Below are positions 11,911 through 20,265 of a stretch of DNA of 28,103 bases, in pieces (the first letter of the stretch is position 1; each line of letters opens with the position of its first letter). The notes beneath the pieces were generated by a model. That model was not told the origin of the DNA, did no database searches, and saw only the letters and a list, made by a program, of their open reading frames with translations. Source of the DNA: Spirochaetota bacterium (GTDB lineage: Bacteria > Spirochaetota > UBA4802 > JAFGDQ01); assembly GCA_043803405.1 (NCBI GenBank), contig JAZDKB010000049.1, forward strand, positions 1 through 28,103, in the 5' to 3' direction. Made by a program: the position numbers and the translations under genes.

Positions 11911-12255
11911 TTATATTTTATTAACCAGCATGATTGCAATTATGAGGCCGTAAATTGCGATACCTTCGGCCATCCCGAGAAATATCAGTGCCCTCCCGCC
12001 GATTTCCGGCTTCTCGCTCATTGCGCCCATGGCCGCTGAGCCTATCTTTGCCAAAGCGTACGCGCTTGCGATGCAGGAGAGCCCTACCGAGCCCATTGCT
12101 GCATATGCAATCCAGCGGTCGCTATGTTCTGCGGCTATACTCTGAACACCTTCTGCTGCGGCAAAAGCAAAATTTTTCAGAAAAAAGACAATGCAGGTAA
12201 TGATAAACAGCATAAAAATACTTTTAAAATATCTGCTTAAAGTATCCATTTCCAC
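11911..12255 (-). CDS. atpK: V/A-type ATP synthase proteolipid subunit K/c (single hairpin plus N-terminal presequence)
   Basis: 'IGSAAMGAMSEKPEIGGRALIFLGMAEGIAIYGLII' contains the ion-binding Glu; GGAGG RBS. Confidence 0.95.
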   Translation of the reverse strand: MEMDTLSRYFKSIFMLFIITCIVFFLKNFAFAAAEGVQSIAAEHSDRWIAYAAMGSVGLSCIASAYALAKIGSAAMGAMSEKPEIGGRALIFLGMAEGIAIYGLIIAIMLVNKI

Positions 12256-12265
12256 CCTCCTTTTT

Positions 12266-14233
12266 TCATCTATCGAACTTCAAAGAGAATGGTTCGAAAC
12301 CTGTGCCATCCCCTTTAAAAAATTTACCGAAAAATTCGTAAAATTCAAGCCTCATTGACTGAATGGCGCACACAAGCCCTTCAAGAAGTATTATAAATAT
12401 ATTTCCGAAAACTATAACTGTTAAAGCTCCGGCGCTTTTTAGTGACGGATCGGCAATCCCTGCAAGAGTAAAAACAGCAATACTTAAGCCCGCGTGACTG
12501 AGCGCGAAAGCTCCGGCCCTGATAAAAGAAATTGTATTTCCGATAAAACCGGAGAACATCTCAAGAATCTCTATTACGGATTCAACCGAGTATTCAAATA
12601 TTCCCTGAGGGAAAATTTTTTCTTTATGAAAGAATATGTATTCGAGCGGCCCTCTCATGAGGAAAAGAAAAGCAGGAAGGGTAAGAACTATCGCTGGCTC
12701 CACGGCTTCGGGAATTATTCCAGCAAGAACATAACGCAAAATAAAAAAAATAAACGAAGCATATACTAAAAATCCGGCCGCTCCTTTTGTGCCAAACAGA
12801 GACTCTCCATAATGACCGGCAATTATTCCATTTATAATATTCAGGACAAGACCTGAACAAATAATAAATACACCAATCATTATCACCATAAAAAACAGTT
12901 TTGTTATATTCTGCATCGGATGGAAGAGAAGAGGAGAGAGAAGACGCTCGTAGCTGAAAATGCTGCCGTAAAGAAATCCGAATATCGCAGCGGAAAATCC
13001 GCACCATATCATGATGGTTCCGAAGTCCGAGATGTTATTCCGCGTACCATGTTTTTTTCTTCCGTACATGGTAAGGCCATATCCTGACGCGGCAATGACA
13101 AGGCCCTGGCCTGCGTCGCCGAACATTACTCCAAATAATATTACGTAGGCTATTGCAGCAGCAGGAGTCGGATCAACCTCACTGTTGCCCGGAAAACCGA
13201 TCAATTTTACAAGCACCTCAAATGGCCTGAATAAACGGCTGTTTTTCAGAAGTACCGGTATCCTTCCCCTGAATTTGCGGGTCTCCGACCTTGATGCAAT
13301 CCTGAAATAGAAACGATTACCGCAAGTATTACGAAGGAGTCTCCCGAGAGAATCGGCATCGCGCGAATCGATCCATCCATTAACAATAATTATTTCGTCG
13401 GAGAAGCCGAGATGTGATTCCGCACCCGCAATTTTAAGAATGACCGAATAAACTGCTTTAAAGAAAGCCATTCTATCCTTCCATGCAGCGAGTTGCCTGG
13501 CATAGTACAAGTCGATCTTTTCAAGTTTTCTTTTCAAATCTCTTATGCGGCTTTGAGCTGATATTTCAGCCTCTTCAGTAGTACGCTCGGATTTTATTAA
13601 TCCGCTGATCTCAGCGAATCCGCTTTGGTTCAGCATATCCAGCGCTTTAAGTTTTTCTTCCGGAGGAAGAACGCATAGAAGACGGCTCTCTTTGCAGTAA
13701 CAGAACCAATTCTTATCCATATAATCCAGCCAGTCATTGCTGCTGACTGCTCCATATATGCAGGATAAAATCTTCATGTTTTTCATCGCATACAGGTCAA
13801 TACCGGAAGAGCTGAGCATCCGGATTTCATTAAGCCTGGACTCCGCGGACTTAAGCCTCTTTTCAATTTCAGCACGGATTCTTTTATACTGCCCCGGCTT
13901 TTTCTTTATATTCTCCGCTTCCCTCAAATCCGAATTTTGTTCCTGGGAAAAAACAGATGCGACATCATTAATAATAGAATCATAATCAGCTGTTTCAGCA
14001 ATATTACTGCCGGTCGCATCAAGAAACCCGGTTGCAGATGTCAGTATGCTTTGCGCTGCAACAGGATCAAAGGCGTAGCCGGATTCCGTTCTTTCTGCCG
14101 TTACCGGCTCATCCGGCACATCTGCATCAATCTGCATAAGAGCGCTTTTGCCGAGCATGACAATAAGTTCCCTGTAATCCGGTTTCTGAATTACTATGCT
14201 AACTCTTCTTATGTCAGCCTTTGAAAACATCAT
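12266..14233 (-). CDS. atpI: V/A-type ATP synthase subunit I (a)
   Basis: 'EVDPTP...FGVMFGDAGQG', essential Arg in 'NTISFIRAGAFALSH', and 'IQSMRLEFYEFFGKFF'. Confidence 0.96.
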   Translation of the reverse strand: MMFSKADIRRVSIVIQKPDYRELIVMLGKSALMQIDADVPDEPVTAERTESGYAFDPVAAQSILTSATGFLDATGSNIAETADYDSIINDVASVFSQEQNSDLREAENIKKKPGQYKRIRAEIEKRLKSAESRLNEIRMLSSSGIDLYAMKNMKILSCIYGAVSSNDWLDYMDKNWFCYCKESRLLCVLPPEEKLKALDMLNQSGFAEISGLIKSERTTEEAEISAQSRIRDLKRKLEKIDLYYARQLAAWKDRMAFFKAVYSVILKIAGAESHLGFSDEIIIVNGWIDSRDADSLGRLLRNTCGNRFYFRIASRSETRKFRGRIPVLLKNSRLFRPFEVLVKLIGFPGNSEVDPTPAAAIAYVILFGVMFGDAGQGLVIAASGYGLTMYGRKKHGTRNNISDFGTIMIWCGFSAAIFGFLYGSIFSYERLLSPLLFHPMQNITKLFFMVIMIGVFIICSGLVLNIINGIIAGHYGESLFGTKGAAGFLVYASFIFFILRYVLAGIIPEAVEPAIVLTLPAFLFLMRGPLEYIFFHKEKIFPQGIFEYSVESVIEILEMFSGFIGNTISFIRAGAFALSHAGLSIAVFTLAGIADPSLKSAGALTVIVFGNIFIILLEGLVCAIQSMRLEFYEFFGKFFKGDGTGFEPFSLKFDR

Positions 14234-15210
14234 CCCTCACATAGAACATTTTCCATAATCGTATCAGGATCAAGACCGAATCTAAAACCATCTGCAATTG
14301 AAAATAGATTTCTTATCTGCCTGTAAAGCAGCGCGAGATAGCAGATTACCGTGTTGATCGAATGAAAATTTTCATGAAAGTTCCTGATAAAGCTGCGCAG
14401 CAGAACCTCCTCCATAATTCTCTCTGTCAGGATTATTCTTCCTGCGCCAGCTGAAATATCCGCATTTTTATTCCGGACCTGTTTTGAAAGATACCTCTCC
14501 CATTCCTCAACCGCTGACGTGATCCTGCCTGAACCGGCAACCGGGATGTTCGCGTCAAGATATTCCATAACCTCGGTTTTATTCCAGGAGTACAACTCCT
14601 GAAGCCTCCTGCTCCAGGAAAGACGGAAAAATGCCGCGAGCGCTGAGATTATCTTTGCGGAATCCGTCCCGCTTGAAAAATTCATTGAGTCCGACAACCG
14701 GGCTGCAAGAAAAAAAATTGTCCTGTCGATTGAGAATTCAATATCCTTATACATAGCTGTTTCTTTGGATAAAAGTATATCCTTCATCCATGTGTTCCGG
14801 GTATAGTTAAGCAAAGTTGAAACATCAGTATTGTTAAAGAGCTTCCCTCTGTTGAGTACTGCGGAGTCGCCGGTATTATACCAGATGCACGGCTCCGGGT
14901 TTAGCCCTAAAGCCTTTGCGTAAAGGAATTTTAAATTAAGAAGTTCAAAATAACGGAGGAAATATTTAAAAACATCTGAGTATACTGCTGATGCTTTCGT
15001 CATAGATATGACAAATTTTATCTGGCTGTCAAAGAGAGTCTCCTTAATAAAGGTATAATCATATATGATATTTGCATCAGTCAGCTCTGGAACAACAGAC
15101 TGAAAATTTCTGCTTTTTGCAATTTCGTAATAATTTCTTTTGTTGAGAAGCAGACTGTGCAGCGCATAGACTTTAGCATGAACGTAATTACTATCTGCAT
15201 AGAAATTCAT
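14230..15210 (-). CDS. atpC: V/A-type ATP synthase subunit C (d/AC39)
   Basis: 'YVHAKVYALHSLLL' and 'QIRNLFSIADGFRFGL'; size and position upstream of subunit I. Confidence 0.85.
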   Translation of the reverse strand: MNFYADSNYVHAKVYALHSLLLNKRNYYEIAKSRNFQSVVPELTDANIIYDYTFIKETLFDSQIKFVISMTKASAVYSDVFKYFLRYFELLNLKFLYAKALGLNPEPCIWYNTGDSAVLNRGKLFNNTDVSTLLNYTRNTWMKDILLSKETAMYKDIEFSIDRTIFFLAARLSDSMNFSSGTDSAKIISALAAFFRLSWSRRLQELYSWNKTEVMEYLDANIPVAGSGRITSAVEEWERYLSKQVRNKNADISAGAGRIILTERIMEEVLLRSFIRNFHENFHSINTVICYLALLYRQIRNLFSIADGFRFGLDPDTIMENVLCEG

Positions 15211-15315
15211 AATGGAACCTCTAAAAAGCCGGTATTTAAAGATACAGGCTTTACATTAGTAATGACACAAGACGCTTATAAATACGTTGTTTTTATAAGC
15301 GTCCATAACTAAACT

Positions 15316-15675
15316 CTACCTCCGGTCTTCAAGTATTATTGATATTATATTCCGGGTTATTTTATCCTTAAGTTCTGTTTCATTAAGGGAAAGTTCCTGT
15401 TTTTTTCTCATATCCTTAAGCTCATTCTCCATAGCCTCTTTTAACTCATTCAGCTTGTTTTCAAGCTTAGTGCTGTATTCTGCGTTAATCATGCTGAACT
15501 GAGATTTCCTTGACTCTGCAGACAGGACACGATGCTCTTCCACTTTCTCTGCGGCAGCTTTCCCTGAATCTTCCGCAAGCTGGACGAGCTTCTGTTCCTC
15601 CTGGATTATGTATTTTATATCCGGGTCCATTTTTTCAGCATTCCCCTGAGCATTAATTGTCTCCGATTCAGCCAC
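15316..15675 (-). CDS. Probable V/A-type ATP synthase stator subunit G/H
   Basis: 119-aa charged, helical protein at the head of the operon; GTG start with a GGGAG RBS. Confidence 0.6.
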   Translation of the reverse strand: MAESETINAQGNAEKMDPDIKYIIQEEQKLVQLAEDSGKAAAEKVEEHRVLSAESRKSQFSMINAEYSTKLENKLNELKEAMENELKDMRKKQELSLNETELKDKITRNIISIILEDRR

Positions 15676-15770
15676 ATGCTCCCGTCCGTCTCACGGTGTT
15701 AATCTTTTAGCAAGTTAATGTGAAAACAAAATACATCAGAATTATTCATGAAGACAAAAAATATAATTGA

Positions 15771-15799
15771 ATGATATATGCTGAAGACGCATTAGTCAA
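15771..15799 (-). promoter_or_regulatory. Putative sigma70 promoter of the V/A-ATPase operon
   Basis: TTGACT-N17-TATCAT on the minus strand, about 95 nt upstream of the first gene. Confidence 0.6.
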
Positions 15800-15848
15800 A
15801 TAATTAAACTTTTATGAAATTGCGGTAATTTTTTGTAAGATATTTCCA

Positions 15849-15920
15849 GCTCTTTTTTGCTCGCCCAAAGAAAAGGACGAAAAGAAAGAGCCGTTGCTCA
15901 ATCACCGCGGCCGGCATCGG
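15849..15920. repeat. Degenerate partial copy of the structured inter-cassette repeat
   Basis: TCTTTTTTGCTCGCCCAAAGAAAAGGACGAAAAGAAAGAGCCGTTGCTCAATCACCGCGG resembles TTTCTTTTGTCCGGCCAAAAGAAATTGGCGAAAGAAAAGCCGCCGCTCCAAAGCCGCGG at about 23607. Confidence 0.6.
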
Positions 15921-15961
15921 ATTACAGAATGTAATGAATTCCGCGGAAGACAAACATTACT

Positions 15962-16603
15962 TTATTTTGTATATTTTTTTATCTCATTATGATATTTAAC
16001 AGCGAATATTTCGGCTGCTTCAGGTATTATTTTTTTGCTGCATTCCACGACTGTACTGTTTGAAGTTGAGATTCCTTTTAATGTTATGCTGCTTTTGTCA
16101 TAAGTATCATATAAATAACCGACAATTTTATTCTCAGGATATTTTATTAAAAATGAATATGAATGAACCTCAGCGCTTTGCGTAGGCACAATAAGCCTTA
16201 ATGCTCCTGAATAATGGATCGAGTAAATAATAAAGAGTATATAATCTGTTTTTAATTGTTTTTGCGCATCACCAATAATATCAAGATTGTTTTGGGGAAT
16301 ATAGTATTCATCGCTTGCATCGTTTTTTTTAAAATAGGGTTTATCCAGAAAAAAATTTTCCGGATATGCAGGCAACTTCTGCTTTATTTGATTATAGCTT
16401 AACACTTTAATTCCCTTCGCGGATAGTGCTTTTGTTAACTGCCGAGTGTATTCAATATTTAACTCATCTTCATCACTGTAGCATAGAAGCGCAGTAGTGC
16501 CGGGTTTTAAATTTTTAGCGCCATCCATCAGAAATGCTTTTTCGGTTGAACAGGATGTAAGGATAATAATGATTAAAATAATAATTATATATTTATTTTT
16601 CAT
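15962..16603 (-). CDS. Lipoprotein of unknown function (possibly TolB-N/CsgG-like fold)
   Basis: Signal peptide MKNKYIIIILIIIILTS-C followed by an alpha/beta-patterned mature region. Confidence 0.8.
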   Translation of the reverse strand: MKNKYIIIILIIIILTSCSTEKAFLMDGAKNLKPGTTALLCYSDEDELNIEYTRQLTKALSAKGIKVLSYNQIKQKLPAYPENFFLDKPYFKKNDASDEYYIPQNNLDIIGDAQKQLKTDYILFIIYSIHYSGALRLIVPTQSAEVHSYSFLIKYPENKIVGYLYDTYDKSSITLKGISTSNSTVVECSKKIIPEAAEIFAVKYHNEIKKYTK

Positions 16604-16622
16604 ATTATTTGTTTTAAAAGAA

Positions 16623-17252
16623 TTAGTATCTTCTTAACGTACATGTTGCTCCAAAAGTTTCAACTTTAGATTTGTTTATGAGTATTCTATTCTGTAGTGT
16701 AACACCTTTTAAATTGCTAAAATATTTTTCATATTTTTTCCTGGCACTATCATAATTATTGACTATTTGCAGTTCATATTTATCTTTCTTATTCATAATG
16801 TAATTTAAATCGCCAATATAAATAAATCTATCGTTGGCTTTAATATCTATTTTAATATTTGATCTTATTAATAATCCTGAGTCACGATTGCCTCTTCTTT
16901 CTGCAACTACATATACTCCTTTTAAATAAAAATTTTTTCGCGGCAATTCTACAATAAAATAATCATCCCAATCAGATTTAATAACTGTATCTGCTTCTTT
17001 TAACATTCTGATTAAATCACAGATAAGACCTAAATCATCTGTGAATTCTTCTTTTTCATCATCATCAATGAATAATAATATTTTATTTTTCCAGTCGTCA
17101 TCACCAAATTGTTCAAATTTCGGTACAATATTTACTTTCCCAACTATTATTATTTTATCATTTGCAATAGAACTACCAGCTTTTACATTCTCTAATATAT
17201 TAGAACAACCTGCTGCAATGAATGCTATTAATACAAATAATAATTTCTTCAT
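16623..17252 (-). CDS. Lipoprotein of unknown function
   Basis: Lipobox MKKLLFVLIAFIAAG-C; GGAG RBS; beta-rich 'FIYIGDLNY' segment. Confidence 0.82.
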   Translation of the reverse strand: MKKLLFVLIAFIAAGCSNILENVKAGSSIANDKIIIVGKVNIVPKFEQFGDDDWKNKILLFIDDDEKEEFTDDLGLICDLIRMLKEADTVIKSDWDDYFIVELPRKNFYLKGVYVVAERRGNRDSGLLIRSNIKIDIKANDRFIYIGDLNYIMNKKDKYELQIVNNYDSARKKYEKYFSNLKGVTLQNRILINKSKVETFGATCTLRRY

Positions 17253-17277
17253 TTTAATTCTCCATTTTAATTTATTT

Positions 17278-17834
17278 TTAATTATCTCCCCGGTAATTTA
17301 TTCCTGCATAAAGAAACAGGGGCTGTTTAGAGAGGATATTTTTTCAAAGGTTTTTACGTCGTATTTTAAACCGAAGTCGAATCCAAAGTGAGACGATACG
17401 GCAGCTGCATATCCTGCTTTTATATAGGTACCAAAGCTTAATTCTTCTTCATCGGTGCCGGTATTTTTATTTTGTTCTATTAAGTAGTAACCCGATAAAC
17501 CAATGCCCATGTATAAATTCCTGAACGGATTTATAAACCAGTATCTGATACCTCCGGATATCTGATAAAAATGATTACTGATTGAAAGACGGTTATCTTT
17601 TTCTATAAACCAAATAATAAATTCCACGTCTGAAGATATTCGGGGGAATTCTTTTTTCTGATAAGATAAAAAAACAGGTATTGCATATTTTATATTGCCA
17701 TCGCTGTATTCGCCATAGCCTGAACCAATTGTCGTTAATGTTTTTGTTAAATCGTATTCCTCTTCCGTTGCATACGTTTTATTTATTATTGTAAGCAAGA
17801 GAAGTAATAGACAAATTATATTTGTTTTATTCAT
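17278..17834 (-). CDS. Outer-membrane beta-barrel protein with a probable frameshift near the 3' end
   Basis: Signal peptide and alternating beta-strands ('GGIRYWF', 'LYMGIGLSGY', 'FGTYIKAGY', 'FGFDFGLKY'). The called ORF stops at 17298, but the expected last strand 'PLFLYAGINYRGDN*' lies in the adjacent frame and ends at 17278. Confidence 0.75.
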
Positions 17835-17872
17835 TTGCTGTTTCTAAAATTTTTTATCTTCCTTTGTTATAA

Positions 17873-17900
17873 AATACTTCGCCGCAAGAAGCGGGGTATT
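17873..17900. repeat. REP-like or IS200/IS605-end-like hairpin
   Basis: AATACTTCGC-CGCAAGAA-GCGGGGTATT forms a 10-bp stem with G-T pairs. A related CGCAGCAAGCGATGGGG occurs at about 18833. Confidence 0.45.
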
Positions 17901-17939
17901 CATCAACGACACGCCCGAATTAAGTTTATCAAGAAAGTA

Positions 17940-18677
17940 TTAAACTTTTTTTCCTTCGGCTTTCAGCCATTCAATGTATTTGGAAATAGCATCGTCATTA
18001 GCTTCCTTGCATATATTCTTGACTTCACTGGCATCATATCCTCCCATAATAGATCCGATCGTATTTTTTGATTCGCCTTCAATGCCTTTCTGGGAAATTA
18101 ATTCGCCTTTTCTGTCGAAAACAGAAATAGAAAAATCAACAGTTGCCTTTATTTTCCCCATGGAAAATCCTCCAATACTAAATCCGGATTTTTTTAAATG
18201 GTATATTACATTGACAATAACTGCTGAGTCGAAATCTTTTTCATCTTTTAAAAACTTAGCAGCCGCTTCGTTGTTATCGTATTGCAAAACAGGATAGCCC
18301 AGAGGAGCGATAAAATCACCTTTGCGTGAAGGAATAAGATTTTTTAGCCCTTTCCGAGAAAGGACATCTGTTTCCGAAGATAGCTTGAATGGATAATATG
18401 GGGAATTTTTTTCGATAAATCTATTCTTTAAATAATTTAATGTATTAATAGTATTATATTCACTTTTATTCGCCATTTCCGTTATTGCCGTTATCATTGA
18501 TGATCCCGTATCGCTTAATTCTACTTCTTTAAAAGCCGATACGGATATGAGCGCGGATTTTTTTATTGCTTTTACCGCGTCCTTCTTAATAAAGCTGCCT
18601 GCTCCACATGATGCTAATATCATAGATAAAACAATTGGTAACACGAAAATCCAGATTCTTAAATATACTCTTCTCAT
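17940..18677 (-). CDS. Lipoprotein of unknown function
   Basis: Start moved from 18812 to ATG 18677 (GGAGG RBS), which gives the lipoprotein signal MRRVYLRIWIFVLPIVLSMILAS-C. Confidence 0.82.
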   Translation of the reverse strand: MRRVYLRIWIFVLPIVLSMILASCGAGSFIKKDAVKAIKKSALISVSAFKEVELSDTGSSMITAITEMANKSEYNTINTLNYLKNRFIEKNSPYYPFKLSSETDVLSRKGLKNLIPSRKGDFIAPLGYPVLQYDNNEAAAKFLKDEKDFDSAVIVNVIYHLKKSGFSIGGFSMGKIKATVDFSISVFDRKGELISQKGIEGESKNTIGSIMGGYDASEVKNICKEANDDAISKYIEWLKAEGKKV

Positions 18678-18867
18678 TTTACTGCCCTCCTTAAGGTTTT
18701 GTTTGTTTAAATTATTTTTATTATCAGCTTTAGTTTTATGCTGATTATAAGCTTTTTTAGTAGTTGTTAATTCTCTGCTTTTTATCTCGTCGTACTTTTT
18801 TGTCGCAGCCATCCAGCCTTTTCATCTGCGATCGCAGCAAGCGATGGGGCTTTTGTTTGCCATGCCT

Positions 18868-19027
18868 TTACCTTGCAAGTATTCCCAACTTCTCAAGTTT
18901 TTGTCTGTCTTCCGCGAATGCTACTTTCGCTATGTTTTTATATTTCGTTCCCTCCCCCGCAGGAAATAATGTTAACTATCAAAGCAAAAAATATCGAAAT
19001 AAGACAAAATATCTTCAGTGTTCTCAT
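18868..19027 (-). pseudogene. Frameshifted or degraded small lipoprotein gene
   Basis: AAGGAG RBS, then MRTLKIFCLISIFFALIVNIIS-CGGGNEI*. Removing one G from the GGGGGAGGG run continues the frame as ...EGTKYKNIAKVAFAEDRQKLEKLGILAR*. Confidence 0.5.
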
Positions 19028-19315
19028 AACATCTCCTTTTTGAAAACAAAGTAATTTATGATATAATGTAAGCGATTTTCAATTGTAGTGAACAGGGAAA
19101 AGGACGATCAAAAAAAATGAAAATCGTTTATTCTCGCAGTAGTATTATTATTATGTCAATAAATTTTTTAATTATTATTGTCTAAGACAGTTTTTTTAGC
19201 AAAATATTTACAGTAAGAATATAAAGATGGGACTAAGCGGGGATATTATTTTTTAGAGCGTCGGAATAGAATACCTGTATTATTAATCCCGGAAACAGGA
19301 TCGGGAACTTGCTCA

Positions 19316-19425
19316 TTAAATGTTTGCAATAAATTTACAGATATAGCCGGTAATAATGCCAGTATATGTTCCGATTATATTACCCAGAACTGCTAAAATC
19401 CGGCCCCGACAAGCATAAAAGCGGC
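19316..19425 (-). pseudogene. Possible 3' remnant of a membrane-protein gene (DUF819-like C-terminus)
   Basis: The minus strand encodes 'ILAVLGNIIGTYTGIITGYICKFIANI*', preceded in a shifted frame by 'AAFMLVGAG'. This resembles the DUF819 terminal helix; no start codon is present. Confidence 0.35.
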
Positions 19426-19505
19426 ATTCAGGTCGCGGATGCGGTTTTACGATTCCGGAGTGCGGTTCTGCCATTTTCATATTTACCTGTGGTTTTATGG
19501 TTAAA

Positions 19506-20183
19506 TTATTCTATCTTTAAAGAGCATCCTTTGTCTTGTTTCGGATCACAAAGTTCTATAAACAAATCAGTTCTCAATAGATCGGAATCTTTCAAATACA
19601 GTATGTTCTCATAACGGAATACTGTCCCTGAAGCCTTTCCTGTTTTACCTTTATCCGCCGGGTATGTACTTACCCATTTGCCTGTATACTGGCCATTGCT
19701 GATAAATGTAATGTTATATTTGATATCGCCCAAAAAATATTCCATCTTCTTTCCTGTCCATGTAAGATCAGGTTTAAACATCGATTTGTAGGCTAAGCAA
19801 TTATTTGGTATCCAGCCATAGCAATTATTATCTTCTTTTAATTCACAATCTAAATATTTTTTCGCAAAAACCCAAGCTCCATTATTATAAATCTCTTTGT
19901 GCAAAATAATTACCTCATCACTTATATAGAGATTCCCCTTTTCTGCTGCTTTTTCATCTGGACTTGATTTTAATTTTATATTTTTTGTTATGATTGAGCA
20001 GAAATATTTTTTATTTTTAGGATAACTTGATACAAACTGATCCTTTATACGGTTACCGTTAAAACAAATAAGATTTATATTTGGAATCGATGAGATGGGT
20101 TTGTGTTCAGACTGTTTTTCTTTACAATTAACAAAGTTATAAATGCATAAAAATAAAATTGTTATTATCAAATATGTTTTCAT
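19506..20183 (-). CDS. Orphan immunity lipoprotein (SH3b-like N-domain), paralog of 25993..26634
   Basis: Lipoprotein-like signal (..YNFVN-C) and SH3b-like 'IKLKSSPD...WVFAK...YGWIPNNCL'. Its C-terminal 97 aa are 79/97 identical to those of 25993..26634. Confidence 0.85.
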   Translation of the reverse strand: MKTYLIITILFLCIYNFVNCKEKQSEHKPISSIPNINLICFNGNRIKDQFVSSYPKNKKYFCSIITKNIKLKSSPDEKAAEKGNLYISDEVIILHKEIYNNGAWVFAKKYLDCELKEDNNCYGWIPNNCLAYKSMFKPDLTWTGKKMEYFLGDIKYNITFISNGQYTGKWVSTYPADKGKTGKASGTVFRYENILYLKDSDLLRTDLFIELCDPKQDKGCSLKIE

Positions 20184-20198
20184 AATTCCTAGACGTAA

Positions 20199-20258
20199 TT
20201 ATTTTTTACCTTTATTTTCATCTCCAGCATGCACATGATCTGGATGATTTTGCCGGAA
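20199..20258 (-). pseudogene. Remnant 3' tip of an Rhs peptidase toxin
   Basis: Encodes 'RQNHPDHVHAGDENKGKK*', matching the end of Rhs 26656..27900 ('PQDHSNHVHAGDVVIKKDKK*'). The stop is 15 nt upstream of the paralogous immunity gene. Confidence 0.85.
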
Positions 20259-20265
20259 TACGCAA

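Noticed and set aside
18678..18812. N-terminal 45-aa extension of ORF 17940..18812
   Set aside because: The RBS and lipoprotein signal peptide point to ATG 18677 as the real start.
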